A DNA stretch of 64,000 nucleotides from an uncultured candidate division Zixibacteria bacterium (GCA_963735035.1 CAVTJJ010000003.1:64001-128000), one strand, 5' to 3'; positions 19,880 to 29,683 are shown, counted from the stretch's first letter. Numbers and translations: made by a program. The notes: a model not told the origin generated them from the sequence alone.

Positions 19880-20905
19880 GTGCCCAAAATCTTGATCCAT
19901 ACTAATCTTTATGGACTAATCAGACTAGCCCAGGCCTATCCGAACTTCATCGTGACGCGCTACCCCGTAAGCCCGAGGCGAGTCTGGGAAATAATTGCAG
20001 AATTCTGGACCGCCCGAAATTGTCACTATCTGATTCTCAATTTTGTATCGCGCGATTATTGGATACTGGGGTTTATGAAATTGCTGCTGCCGTTTACGAG
20101 AGTGAAGCTGGTTACATTGGACCTGCTGCTGACGCGCCCCCATAACGTTCGGGACAAATTCTTCCTGCTTTTGAAGCGCGCCCTGCTTCGCCGGGCCCAT
20201 AAGTTCATAGTATTCCAGCGCGACACCAACTGCTACGAGTGCAAATTCAGAATCCCGGGCAACCGCTTTCACTATCTTCCCTACAAGATCGATTCTCTCG
20301 AGATCATAAAGACGACCCGATGCGACGACCTTGGGTATATTTTCTGTGGCGGACAGTCGCGACGCGATTTCGCGACGCTCGCTGAGGCTGTGAAATCGTT
20401 GCCATATCCCGCCAGAATTGTCACGACAACCGACGGCATTCTTGCCAAACACGGCTCCTCGCTGAATGCAGCTGATCTGCCTGACCACATAAACACGGTG
20501 CGTCTAGACGGTTCTGTTCAGCCGTTTGTTCGGGAAATGGCCGGCGCCCGCCTGGTAGTGATTCCTATCAAGAAGGGCGTAATGACTCAATCGGGGATAG
20601 CCGTCAGCATCATGGCCATGGCGATGGGGAAATGTGTGATCGCCACCTATGGACCTGGAATCAGCGATGTGCTTCCACCAGGCACATCAATAGTCGTTCC
20701 TCCGGGCGATGCCCCCGCCTTGCGAGCCGCCATTGAAGCAGCTTGGACAGATGAAACGTTGCGGCTCAAAGTTGCCGAGGCCGGGCGCAAATACGCCACA
20801 ACATTGCAGGGGACCGATCGACTACTGAAGGACGTCGCAAACTGGGTAGTAGCCGATCACAAAGGGTCGACTGTGGCAGATAGAACTCAACAATTAGGTG
20901 GCTAG
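19880..20905 (+). CDS. Glycosyltransferase, GT-B fold (family 4-like)
   Basis: GGQSRRDFATL, ARLVVIP, AMAMGKCVIAT and VPPGDAPALRAAI. Confidence 0.85.
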   Translation: MPKILIHTNLYGLIRLAQAYPNFIVTRYPVSPRRVWEIIAEFWTARNCHYLILNFVSRDYWILGFMKLLLPFTRVKLVTLDLLLTRPHNVRDKFFLLLKRALLRRAHKFIVFQRDTNCYECKFRIPGNRFHYLPYKIDSLEIIKTTRCDDLGYIFCGGQSRRDFATLAEAVKSLPYPARIVTTTDGILAKHGSSLNAADLPDHINTVRLDGSVQPFVREMAGARLVVIPIKKGVMTQSGIAVSIMAMAMGKCVIATYGPGISDVLPPGTSIVVPPGDAPALRAAIEAAWTDETLRLKVAEAGRKYATTLQGTDRLLKDVANWVVADHKGSTVADRTQQLGG

Positions 20906-21124
20906 TGGACGTGTTTGTCTGCCCCAGGTTCAGCATCACGCGATCAAGCGGCAGACGAGGACGTCTGCCGGCCACAAAATAAAGTGGCTGGTGGGAGTCC
21001 TCGTCCACGGGCTTGTCAAGATAGCTACACTCGGCCAAGTTGGCGCACGAGGACGTACGCCAACCACAAGACACTACGAAAGTCCTATGGATGCCCGCCT
21101 AAAGCGGGGCAAGACAGACCGGGC

Positions 21125-21151
21125 GTCACCCTTCGACAAGCTCAGGGTGAC
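21125..21151 (-). repeat. Palindromic repeat, inverted partner of 18469-18519
   Basis: gtcacccttcgacaagctcagggtgac. Confidence 0.75.
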
Positions 21152-21167
21152 TTGGATAGACGCCCGC

Positions 21168-22844
21168 TCAGCAATTCGTATAGTTCGGGCCTTCGCCTCC
21201 CTGCGGCGTCACCCAACGAATGATCTGGTACGGATCGGCGATATCGCAAGTCTTGCAATGGACACAGTTCGACGGCGTCAATTCCAGCTTGAGCTTCCCC
21301 GGGCGTGCCTCGTCCTCGACCATGTTATAGACTGACGCCGGGCAGAAGTGCTGGCACGGATTGCCGTACTCCTCGGTGCACCGGTTGTTGCAGATGTCAA
21401 AATCGGACACGAGCAAGTGCGACGGCTGGTGTTCTTCGTGGGCGGTCCCCGATTTGTAGACGTCCGATAGTTTGTCGAACAGGTACGCATTGTCGAACTT
21501 GAGCGGCGCCTTCTCCGGTTTGTGAGCGAACTTCTTTTCGTAGTCAGCGATCTTCAACACATACTCGTGATCCTGCTTGTGAGTCCGGCGTTCGAACAGG
21601 CCGCGTCCACCGGTGGCAATCTGCATCCCAGCATGGAACATCCCCGACCATAGACCAGCCTCGAACCCGGCGTGGAAATTCCGCGACGTCCGAAGTTCTT
21701 TGTACGCCCAGCTCTGCTCGAATTTGTCAGCGTACAGTCTGAGCTGATTGCGGCTGAAATCGCCCGCCTTGACCGCCTCGAAAATCGTCTCGGCCGCCAG
21801 AATGCCCGACTTGATCGCCAGGTGAATCCCTTTCAGCCTTTGCGGATTGAGCAATCCGGCCGAATCGCCACAAAGCAGCAAGCCATCGTGGTACAGCTTG
21901 GGTATCGAATAGAAACCGCCGACCGGAATCGTCTTGGCGCCATAGTGCAGCATCGTACCGCCGTCGAGAATCGACCGTATCAACTTGTGGGTCTTGTAGC
22001 GCTGGAACTTGGCGTGGGGGTCGTTGGTCGGGTCGGGACTATCAAGCCCGGCGGCAAAGCCGACCGAAACCATCGTATCGCTCATAGCATAAAGCCACGA
22101 GCCACCGTATTCGTATGACTTCGAAGGCCACCCGGCGGTATGGATCACCTGCCCGGCGACTACACGCCCGGACGGCACCTCCCAGACTTCCTTGACCCCG
22201 GTCAGGTACGACTGCGGCAGGCAGTCAGCCCGGAGTTCTGGGATCCCTTCGTACGCTTGTTTCGTGAGAGACCCATGAACGCCCTCACAAAGAACGGTCA
22301 CTTTGGCTTTGATCAATGACCCCGGTTCGAAATTCGGTTTAGGATGACCTTCTTTGTCCAGTCCCATATCGACTGTCTGTACCCCGGCGACCCGGTCGTT
22401 TTCGATCAACAGTTGGAATCCGGCCAGACCCGAAAAAATATCAATGCCGGACTCTTCCACCTGCTTGGCCATCCACCCGGACAACTTGTTGAGCGAGATG
22501 ACGTAGTTGCCATGGTTCTGAAGCGGGGGCGGCATGATCGGAAGCTTGAACGCCCCGTTCTCCCTGAGGATATACATCGAGTCCTTGCCGACCGGCGCTT
22601 CGAGTGGCGCTCCCTTGGCCTTGAAATCAGGAATAAGTTCGGTGAGACCCCGCGGATCCATCACCGCACCAGAGAGAGAGTGCCCTCCGACATAGGAGCC
22701 TTTCTCCATGACAAAGATCTCCGGTCGCTCCGGAGCTCCCTCGGCGGAAAACAGCTGAGCCAATTTATAGGCTACTGCCAGACCAGCCGGTCCGGCGCCT
22801 ACTATCAGAATGTCAGTTTCGAGAGTTTCGCGCTGGATATCCAT
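21168..22844 (-). CDS. Electron transfer flavoprotein:quinone oxidoreductase
   Basis: GAGPAG, GGHSLSGA, KGIHLAIKSG and a 4Fe-4S tail (CQHFCPA, NCVHCKTCDI, GGEGPNY). Confidence 0.95.
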   Translation of the reverse strand: MDIQRETLETDILIVGAGPAGLAVAYKLAQLFSAEGAPERPEIFVMEKGSYVGGHSLSGAVMDPRGLTELIPDFKAKGAPLEAPVGKDSMYILRENGAFKLPIMPPPLQNHGNYVISLNKLSGWMAKQVEESGIDIFSGLAGFQLLIENDRVAGVQTVDMGLDKEGHPKPNFEPGSLIKAKVTVLCEGVHGSLTKQAYEGIPELRADCLPQSYLTGVKEVWEVPSGRVVAGQVIHTAGWPSKSYEYGGSWLYAMSDTMVSVGFAAGLDSPDPTNDPHAKFQRYKTHKLIRSILDGGTMLHYGAKTIPVGGFYSIPKLYHDGLLLCGDSAGLLNPQRLKGIHLAIKSGILAAETIFEAVKAGDFSRNQLRLYADKFEQSWAYKELRTSRNFHAGFEAGLWSGMFHAGMQIATGGRGLFERRTHKQDHEYVLKIADYEKKFAHKPEKAPLKFDNAYLFDKLSDVYKSGTAHEEHQPSHLLVSDFDICNNRCTEEYGNPCQHFCPASVYNMVEDEARPGKLKLELTPSNCVHCKTCDIADPYQIIRWVTPQGGEGPNYTNC

Positions 22845-22928
22845 GTTCTGCTCCTTCAAAGGCAGGTTGGAACATGGAATATACGCTATACATCCGGCAA
22901 AAAAAGAGATATTGCCGAACGAAAATGT

Positions 22929-23405
22929 TTATCGCCGGGACCGTTCCCGTTCCGGAAGGGACCGACGCGGTATCTTGTGACTGCTCCGTTGTTCGGGCCG
23001 GCGTTCGTTCTTGTGTTCTTCCGCCTCAGTCATCGGCTCGCCATTGGCGTTGATCTGAAGCATTTCGGCGATCTTTTCCTTGTTGCAGCCGACCGTCAAT
23101 AACCGGGCATTGCGGACGATCGGGCGACGGAGCAAACCGGGGTTCTGAGCAATAATCTGCAGCAATTCCCTGCGCTCCGGCATCTTTTGATCGAGACCGA
23201 ACTTAGTGTACTCGCTCGACGCCGTGTTGAGAAAGTACGACATGGGGTTATGACCGAACATCAGGTCCAGTTCTTCGATACTAAACGGGCGCACGCCCAG
23301 ATCTCTTAAGATTACTCTGACACCGGCATCTTCGATGAACTTGCGGACTTCGTCACACCTGTCATCCTTGCCGTACGTAATGAATGTTGCGCTCTTCTGA
23401 GGCAT
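22929..23405 (-). CDS. ArsC/Spx family protein (lacks CxxC)
   Basis: ELLQIIAQNPGLLRRPIV and an ArsC-like N-terminus with one Cys (DDRC). Confidence 0.75.
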   Translation of the reverse strand: MPQKSATFITYGKDDRCDEVRKFIEDAGVRVILRDLGVRPFSIEELDLMFGHNPMSYFLNTASSEYTKFGLDQKMPERRELLQIIAQNPGLLRRPIVRNARLLTVGCNKEKIAEMLQINANGEPMTEAEEHKNERRPEQRSSHKIPRRSLPERERSRR

Positions 23406-23844
23406 ACTTCCTCTAATTCTTTAGTCCACAGGTGCCGGCATACAATAATGCGAAAGGGCCAATTCTTTTTTCGGGAGCCTAGAGGACTTCCAACTTCCAG
23501 ACCCGGGGTTGCCTGAAGGGCGACTGAGCCGCCTGGCTGATCTCGAATCTGAGACACTATAAAAACGTCCTGCGGACATTTTTGTCAATCAAAATCTAAT
23601 CAAAAAAACAAATCAATTAACCTGGGTATCGGTGGCGTCTCCGTTGATCCGAATCACGGCGCCAGCCAATCAGCACGGCGTCGCAGTAAGAGTGAAATCG
23701 AGTCTTTCGGAATTACTATCGACATCCCCCTACCCAGGATATCGGACAAGGCACGCGGTCACTTTACTGACGGCGCTACGATTAGAACACCTGCGTGACC
23801 ATAAAGTTCCTTTTTCGCCGCAACAGAAGGCCGTGACTGCTGGG

Positions 23845-24468
23845 CTATAGTCGAAGCGCCACTGCCAAACCGTCACGAAGCGGCACTATGGTGGTAAAGA
23901 ACCTCTTATCGGCGTACAGACGCCTGGTGAATTCGAGTACGCCCCTGGTGGAAGCGTCAGGTTTGGCATCACAAACCCTGCCAGACCAGAGCAGGTTGTC
24001 GGTTATGAACAACCCCCCCGGCTTGAGCCGCGCCGCCGCTATCTCGATGGTTTGGGGATAAGCTTCTTTGTCTATGTCGTTAAAGACGATATCGAAGTGC
24101 TTGTCGATATCGCGCGCGATCTCCAGAGCATCCCCGACTTTGAACTTGAATCCGCTCTTGAGCCCCGCCCGCTTAAAATACGCTTCTGCCCGGCGCAGAT
24201 TCTGTTCGTCGCTGTCGGTTAGAGTGATCTTCCCCTTGCTGCCCATGGCCAGCGAAAACCAATAGGCCGAGTAGCCGTACCCTGAGCCAAGCTCAAGCAC
24301 GCGTCGAGCTTGGGTCATAAGAGCCGCCTGAAAGAGATACCGCCCTACGAGCGGACCTACAATCGGGAAGCCCTTCTTAGCGGCGTAAACTTCCATCTCT
24401 GCCAGAACCTTCGGACGCTTCGGTATCTGCTTCTCCAGATAGGTGGCCATTTTGGGTTGAAATATCAT
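23845..24468 (-). CDS. SAM-dependent O-methyltransferase (Methyltransf_3-like)
   Basis: VLELGSGYGYS, FNDIDKEAY, DNLLWSG and RDGL. Confidence 0.92.
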   Translation of the reverse strand: MIFQPKMATYLEKQIPKRPKVLAEMEVYAAKKGFPIVGPLVGRYLFQAALMTQARRVLELGSGYGYSAYWFSLAMGSKGKITLTDSDEQNLRRAEAYFKRAGLKSGFKFKVGDALEIARDIDKHFDIVFNDIDKEAYPQTIEIAAARLKPGGLFITDNLLWSGRVCDAKPDASTRGVLEFTRRLYADKRFFTTIVPLRDGLAVALRL

Positions 24469-24482
24469 AGAATCACTCCGGT

Positions 24483-24785
24483 CTAAAGGGTGACAAAGAT
24501 GTTATCTCCGTCAATCTCGACTTCGTACCGTTTGAGTCTGGCCCCTTTGAGATCCAGACATTCACCTGACTCCAGGTCATACCGCCAATGGTGCCAGCGG
24601 CATGTTAGCACGCCGTCAGTAACATGGCCTGCCGCGAGCGACGCCCTCATATGTTTACAATCCGATTCGATGCCGTAAAGTTTCCCGTCGACATTAAACA
24701 CCGCCACCCGCCGGGCCATAATGCGCTTCTCCAAGACACCGCCTACGGGCAGTTCGGCGAGAGTTCCCATTTTGATTCGAGGCAT
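24483..24785 (-). CDS. Rieske 2Fe-2S ferredoxin
   Basis: CKH...CRWH Rieske ligands. Confidence 0.92.
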   Translation of the reverse strand: MPRIKMGTLAELPVGGVLEKRIMARRVAVFNVDGKLYGIESDCKHMRASLAAGHVTDGVLTCRWHHWRYDLESGECLDLKGARLKRYEVEIDGDNIFVTL

Positions 24786-24800
24786 ATTGGTACGCGAATA

Positions 24801-25754
24801 TCAGGCGCCGGACGGACCCACGGCGCTTCCCTTGGCGGTGTCCACGACCGGGCGTTTACGCACAGGTTTGGGCTGCGGAATCACCTCGGCGGTGTTGCCA
24901 GAAATGGCCATCAGACGTTCAATCACCGTCTGGACGAGAAAATCGGGGGTTGACGCTCCCGCCGTGACGCCGACTCGCTCTATGTGATCGCTCTCTGTGA
25001 ACCAGTTCTCAAGGATGTCGTCCGCGGAGCCGATCAATTCGCCCCGACCGCAGAGGGTGCGAGAAATGTGGGCGAGCCGCTTGGAGTTGGCCGAGGTCTC
25101 GGAACCGACCACCAGAATCATGTCGACTTCGGGGGCCATATCCCGAATCGCGGACTGTCGCTCGCTGGTGGCCATACATATCGTATCGAATGTCTCCAGG
25201 TGGGGCCATTTCTTCTCGGCCGCCAGTCGGAACGCCTCGAAATCTTCAATACGCATGGTCGTCTGTACGGTCAGTCCCAACTTGCGGTCCGGCCAGTCGG
25301 GGAAATTGTCCAGCTCGGCTATAGATGAAATAACCGTGATTCGGTCGGGCGAATGTCCTACCACGCCTTTGGTCTCATCGTGATTCAAATCGCCGAAATG
25401 AATGATATAGTAGTCGTCCGCCACGATCTTCAAAATGATTTCATAGATGCGCGTCACCAGCGGACAGGTGGCATCGACTACTTTCAGACCCCGATCCTCG
25501 GCCGCCTGGATGACTCCCGGCTCGACGCCGTGGGCTGATATGATCAACGTCCCCGAGTCGACATCTTTCACGGCGAACTTCTGCCCTACACCCTTCTGAC
25601 GGAAATCCTCGACCACCGCGTGGTTGTGCACTATCTCGTTGAGGATCGTCACCGGGCCTACGGTCTCCCGGGCGGTCTCGTCGGCTATCTTAATCGCTCG
25701 CTTGACGCCCATGCAGAAGCCGTAGCTGCGCGCTATGATAATCTTCTTAATCAT
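24801..25754 (-). CDS. ispH: 4-hydroxy-3-methylbut-2-enyl diphosphate reductase
   Basis: GFCMGV, IVHN, DATCPLV, TICMAT and TAGASTP. The start overlaps the lipA stop. Confidence 0.96.
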   Translation of the reverse strand: MIKKIIIARSYGFCMGVKRAIKIADETARETVGPVTILNEIVHNHAVVEDFRQKGVGQKFAVKDVDSGTLIISAHGVEPGVIQAAEDRGLKVVDATCPLVTRIYEIILKIVADDYYIIHFGDLNHDETKGVVGHSPDRITVISSIAELDNFPDWPDRKLGLTVQTTMRIEDFEAFRLAAEKKWPHLETFDTICMATSERQSAIRDMAPEVDMILVVGSETSANSKRLAHISRTLCGRGELIGSADDILENWFTESDHIERVGVTAGASTPDFLVQTVIERLMAISGNTAEVIPQPKPVRKRPVVDTAKGSAVGPSGA

Positions 25755-26689
25755 GTCTTCCCCAGGATATTCTGGGACTGGCTGAACGCCTTGTAAGAAC
25801 TGCGCACCAGCGGTCCGGATTCGACATGGCCGAAACCGATTTCCCGACCGATCTGCGCGAACTCTTCGAATTCCTGCGGCAGGTAGAAACACTCCACCGG
25901 AAGATGCGCCAGCGACGGCCGCAGATACTGGCCGATTGTCACAATATCAACCCCGGCGGCGTAGATTTGGTGGAGGACTTCGACAATCTCATCCTTGGTT
26001 TCACCCAGTCCGACCATAATGCCGGTCTTCACGACCGGTCGCCGCTTATAGTTGGACATAAACCGGAGCACATCAAGCGAGCGATCCAGCTTCGCTCCAC
26101 CGCGAACACGACGATGCAGTCGATGGACCGTCTCGACATTGTGAGCGAGAACGTCCACGCCCGAATCAATTACCGACGCGACAGCCTCGTAGTCACCTTT
26201 GAAATCGGGAATGAGAAATTCCACTTTGATGTGCGGGTCGAGCGCCCGAAGTTCGCGCATGGTCGCGACAAACATCGACGCCCCCCCGTCGGGAAGATCA
26301 TCACGGGCCACCGATGTAATCACTACCTGCTTGAGTTTGAGCCGCGCGACCGCTTCGGCGAGACGGCGGGGCTCGTCACGGTCGAGGCCGTCGGGTTTGC
26401 CGGTGGTGATGTCGCAGAAATTACATCCGCGGGTGCAGGTGTCGCCGAGAATCATGAAAGTCGCGGTGCCCTCGTTGAAACACTCCCAGATATTGGGACA
26501 GGAAGCTTCCTGGCAAACCGAATGCAATCCGCCCGACTTCAGCGATGAATATACCCGACTGTATTCTTCGGTCTGGCGCGGACGGGCCTTGAACCAACTC
26601 GGCAGCCGCTTGTGCGGAATCTTGAGCCGTTCGGCCACCGGCAGAGACTGGGCCTGTTCCGTCGCGGCGGTCGATTCGTCCGGTTTCAC
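25751..26689 (-). CDS. lipA: Lipoyl synthase
   Basis: VCQEASCPNIWEC, CTRGCNFC and VRSSY. Confidence 0.97.
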   Translation of the reverse strand: MKPDESTAATEQAQSLPVAERLKIPHKRLPSWFKARPRQTEEYSRVYSSLKSGGLHSVCQEASCPNIWECFNEGTATFMILGDTCTRGCNFCDITTGKPDGLDRDEPRRLAEAVARLKLKQVVITSVARDDLPDGGASMFVATMRELRALDPHIKVEFLIPDFKGDYEAVASVIDSGVDVLAHNVETVHRLHRRVRGGAKLDRSLDVLRFMSNYKRRPVVKTGIMVGLGETKDEIVEVLHQIYAAGVDIVTIGQYLRPSLAHLPVECFYLPQEFEEFAQIGREIGFGHVESGPLVRSSYKAFSQSQNILGKT

Positions 26690-26756
26690 TTTGGGAGGTC
26701 GTTATATCCACGTCGATAGCTTTCTCAATCTATACGTACGCCCGGCCTAAGATATG

Positions 26757-27342
26757 TCAGACTTTCGTAAGAAAGTACTCCAGGAGCGTCGTGTCATCGT
26801 CTAATTCAGCGTGAAACGCCGAGGCCAGCAAACGGCCCTGGCGTATCAGGACAGGGTCGTTCTTCCAAATGGCCAGCGTTTCTATGCCTTCGCCCATCCG
26901 GGTGACTCTGGGCGCGCGAATAAAAGTGGCCGTCAGCCGGGTCTTCTGGCCTGATAGAGTTCGCGTCGAGCTTCTCTTCGAACGAGTGCACCTGACGACC
27001 GTAGCCGTTGCGGTCGACCTCGATATCCATCAGCCCGAGCGGCTGCACGTGCGAGATATTATTCGCTATGCTCTTGCCCAACATAATCATCCCGGCACAG
27101 GTTCCGAACACTGGTTTAGAACGTCCGAACCGAATAAGCGGTTCCCGCAGTTGGAACCGGTCGATCATGATGTTCATCGTGGTCGATTCGCCGCCGGGGA
27201 TTATGAGGGCATCGAGCTTCTCCAGGTCGCGCGGGAGACGTACTTCTATCGGTCGGGCGCCTACCAGCTCGATCTGGTGGTGGTGACGCTCGTAGTCGCC
27301 TTGGATAGCGAGAACACCGACGGTTTTTGAAATAGCGGTCAT
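26757..27342 (-). pseudogene. pdxT: PLP synthase glutaminase subunit with one frameshift (~26960) as assembled
   Basis: GVLAIQG, PGGESTT, GTCAG and RNGYGRQ. The shifted frame continues FIRAPRV...SAFHAEL...TKV, stop at 26757. Confidence 0.9.
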
Positions 27343-27392
27343 AGCAGTACAACTCTTATGAACCAGTACCCCACACAACGGGTGGGTTTACA

Positions 27393-27755
27393 TGCCCGAT
27401 CCGCCACGGCGGACCCACATCTGCCGACTTGCACAGCAATCTTCGGCATCCCACGGCTTGCTGTGGGTACGCCTGCTGATGAAAAGTGCCCGGCAGATGT
27501 ACACATCTGCCGACTCGTACAGCAATCTTCGGTACCCCACAGCTTGCTGTGGGTACGCCTGCTCATGAAGAGTGCCCGGTCCTCAACGACAAATCAACTT
27601 TACACGTGCCCGGCAGATGCCCACATCTGCCGACTCGTACAGCAATCTTCGGTACCCCACAGCTTGCTGTGGGTACGCCTGCTCATGAAAAGTGCCCGGT
27701 CCTCAACGACAAATCAACTTTGCACGTGCCCGGCAGATGTCCACATCTGCCGACT
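27393..27755 (+). repeat. Tandem 120-bp REP-containing repeat array (BIME-like)
   Basis: Units start at 27486, 27606 and 27726 (gtgcccggcagatg...). The two full units are nearly identical and each holds two palindromes; a degenerate unit lies upstream. Confidence 0.9.
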
Positions 27756-27771
27756 TATATAACCTGCAATC

Positions 27772-27989
27772 GTAGGGCAGAACCCCTTGCGGTTCTGCAA
27801 ACCTGAGACGGCCGAAAGGCCGTCATACCCGCGAAGGCGGGTACCCAGTCAAGCTCGTCCTTCAACAACCTGCATTAGTGACCAGCCAACTTGTCTGGGC
27901 CCCCGACTCCTCGAGGGTGACGGAACCTGCCTGTTCCGTTCAGTTCAACTTCCACCAGTAGCGGCAGACCCCGTGGGGTTCTGCCCTAC
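27772..27989. repeat. GTAG REP doublet enclosing a CGTCAT...TGACG palindromic element
   Basis: gtagggcagaacccc...(27772) and ...ggggttctgccctac (27989) surround cgtcatacccgcgaaggcgggtaccca...tgggcccccg...gggtgacg (27821-27922). Confidence 0.7.
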
Positions 27990-28092
27990 GAATTCAATAA
28001 ACGCATCTGCTGACTACACGTGTCACCCTATCTTGTCACAGTGACAACATAGGCTCGCAGCGAATGTTCTTCGGGGAATATACAAACCGGGG

Positions 28093-28836
28093 CTACAGCC
28101 CAAAAGCGATTTGGCCGGCCGGTTCAGGGAGCGGGGGCATGGCGTCGTAGATACGGCCGTTGAGCGTCCGACCGGCTTTCTTCTTGTTCATGCCACCCCA
28201 CTGCTTGAAGAAGAAATGGACCTTCTGCGCGCGACACTGCCGCTGGATATCCACCACCCATTCCTTTTTCATAGCGCGGGCGCCAGGGCCGGATTCGCCT
28301 CCGACCACAGCCCAGTCGATCCCGGTCAGGTCCATATCGGGTACGGGCGACAGCAGCGGCTCCATCGAGAGCCATTTGATCGGGGCGCCGGTCTGACGAA
28401 GCAGGTCGATCCGATGCGTGAACCGAGCCAATTCGACTGTCACCCCCATCCAGACATTAGGCGGCCAGTCGAGTTTGGGGCTTAGCTCGGCGAGCCGTTC
28501 GGCGCGTTTGGTGAGGACCTGAAAGACATGCCAGTCGGCGCGGGCCATGATGTCGAAAACCTGACGGAGATATTTGACCGGGATCTTCTCGTGAAAGAGG
28601 TCGGACATCGAATTGACAAAAATCAACCGCGGTTTCTTCCAATGGAGCGGGTCTTCAAGGACGTCCGGGTGCAGGGTGACATTGAAGCCGTTGGCGTATT
28701 TGGCGACCCCCATGCCCTGGAGCCGCCTGGCCATCCGCTCGGCGTAGCAGTGGAGACAACCTTCGGAGACTCTGGAACACCCGGTAACCGGGTTCCAGGA
28801 GGAGTGGGTCCATTCGATGCGGGTGGAGGAGGACAT
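28093..28836 (-). CDS. DUF5131 / phage Gp37-Gp68 family protein (three-Cys motif)
   Basis: IEWTHSSWNPVTGCSRVSEGCLHCYA, FVNSMSDLFH, VGGESG and FFFKQWGG. Confidence 0.93.
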   Translation of the reverse strand: MSSSTRIEWTHSSWNPVTGCSRVSEGCLHCYAERMARRLQGMGVAKYANGFNVTLHPDVLEDPLHWKKPRLIFVNSMSDLFHEKIPVKYLRQVFDIMARADWHVFQVLTKRAERLAELSPKLDWPPNVWMGVTVELARFTHRIDLLRQTGAPIKWLSMEPLLSPVPDMDLTGIDWAVVGGESGPGARAMKKEWVVDIQRQCRAQKVHFFFKQWGGMNKKKAGRTLNGRIYDAMPPLPEPAGQIAFGL

Positions 28837-28907
28837 AATGAAATGTGCGAAAACACAAACCGGGAAGAAATCACAAATTGCAGACGTAAATCACGTGTGG
28901 ATCTCTT

Positions 28908-29024
28908 GTAGGTCGGGTTTTCGAGAGGGTCCCGTAGCGAACAACGAAGAAAACCCGACATTGACCAGTCGGAAAGGATGTCGGGTTGCGCGCTCAACAA
29001 ACCCTTGCGCGTAACCCGACCTAC
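28908..29024. mobile_element. Empty GTAG REP doublet (REPIN-like), A+B
   Basis: A = gtaggtcgggttttc...aaacccgaca (28908-28960); B = tgtcgggttgcgcgc...gtaacccgacctac (28979-29024). Confidence 0.8.
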
Positions 29025-29056
29025 TAGTCCAGTTTCTCACAAATTCAATATTGCAT

Positions 29057-29668
29057 GTAGGTCGGGTTTTCGAGAGGGTCGCGTAGCGAACCGCGGAGGA
29101 AACCCGACACCCGGCTATTCCCCAAACGAACCCTCGAAGATGATAGGTTCTTTGACCCCCCAATCCCTTTGATAGAAACCGCGTTCTAACCACAGATGCG
29201 CTGATGAATCCCCGTAAACAAACGGATCTGATGTCAGTCCGTGATGCACCGGGTTGTAATGAACATAGTCAATGCGCTTATTCAGATCTTCCTGATCGCG
29301 CGCCACATGCTCCCAGAAGCGGTTTTGCCAGACGCGTCCGGGACCGAAGTGCCGTCTATAGAGGTGATAGTATTGAATCTTGAATTGGTGCATGACGTCT
29401 GAGATCGATTCATTCCCCAATTGTAGCACGACATGCAAGTGGTCTGGAAGAACCACCCATGCTTCGAGCTTCCTGCCGCCCCACGCTTGTTCAAAGATTT
29501 CTGGTCGGAGTAACAAGATAGGCTGGCGTTTGAAGGTGATCACGGTCACAAAGAAGGTGGCTTCCCGGACAATGTACCGACGTAGCGATTTCATACCGAA
29601 AAGTCTTCTGCCCCCGGCGAAATGTCGGGTTGCGCGCTCAACTAGTCCATGCGCGTAACCCGACCTAC
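29057..29668. mobile_element. REP-flanked RAYT locus (A-rayt-B)
   Basis: The same A (29057-29109) and B (29623-29668) REPs flank the transposase, with GTAG ends facing outward. Confidence 0.85.
29115..29594 (-). CDS. REP-associated tyrosine transposase (RAYT, Y1 HUH)
   Basis: FFVTV, WVVLPDHLH (HUH), VWQNRFWEH and DYVHYNPVHHGL. Confidence 0.93.
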   Translation of the reverse strand: MKSLRRYIVREATFFVTVITFKRQPILLLRPEIFEQAWGGRKLEAWVVLPDHLHVVLQLGNESISDVMHQFKIQYYHLYRRHFGPGRVWQNRFWEHVARDQEDLNKRIDYVHYNPVHHGLTSDPFVYGDSSAHLWLERGFYQRDWGVKEPIIFEGSFGE

Positions 29669-29683
29669 TAGTCCTGACAATAC

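Noticed and set aside
27486..27755. CRISPR array or repeat-protein ORFs (27358-27762, 27486-27806)
   Set aside because: The 'spacers' are near-identical, so this is a tandem duplication; the ORFs are translations of REP DNA.
28093..29594. Prophage
   Set aside because: Only an isolated Gp37/Gp68-family gene; no integrase, structural or replication genes.
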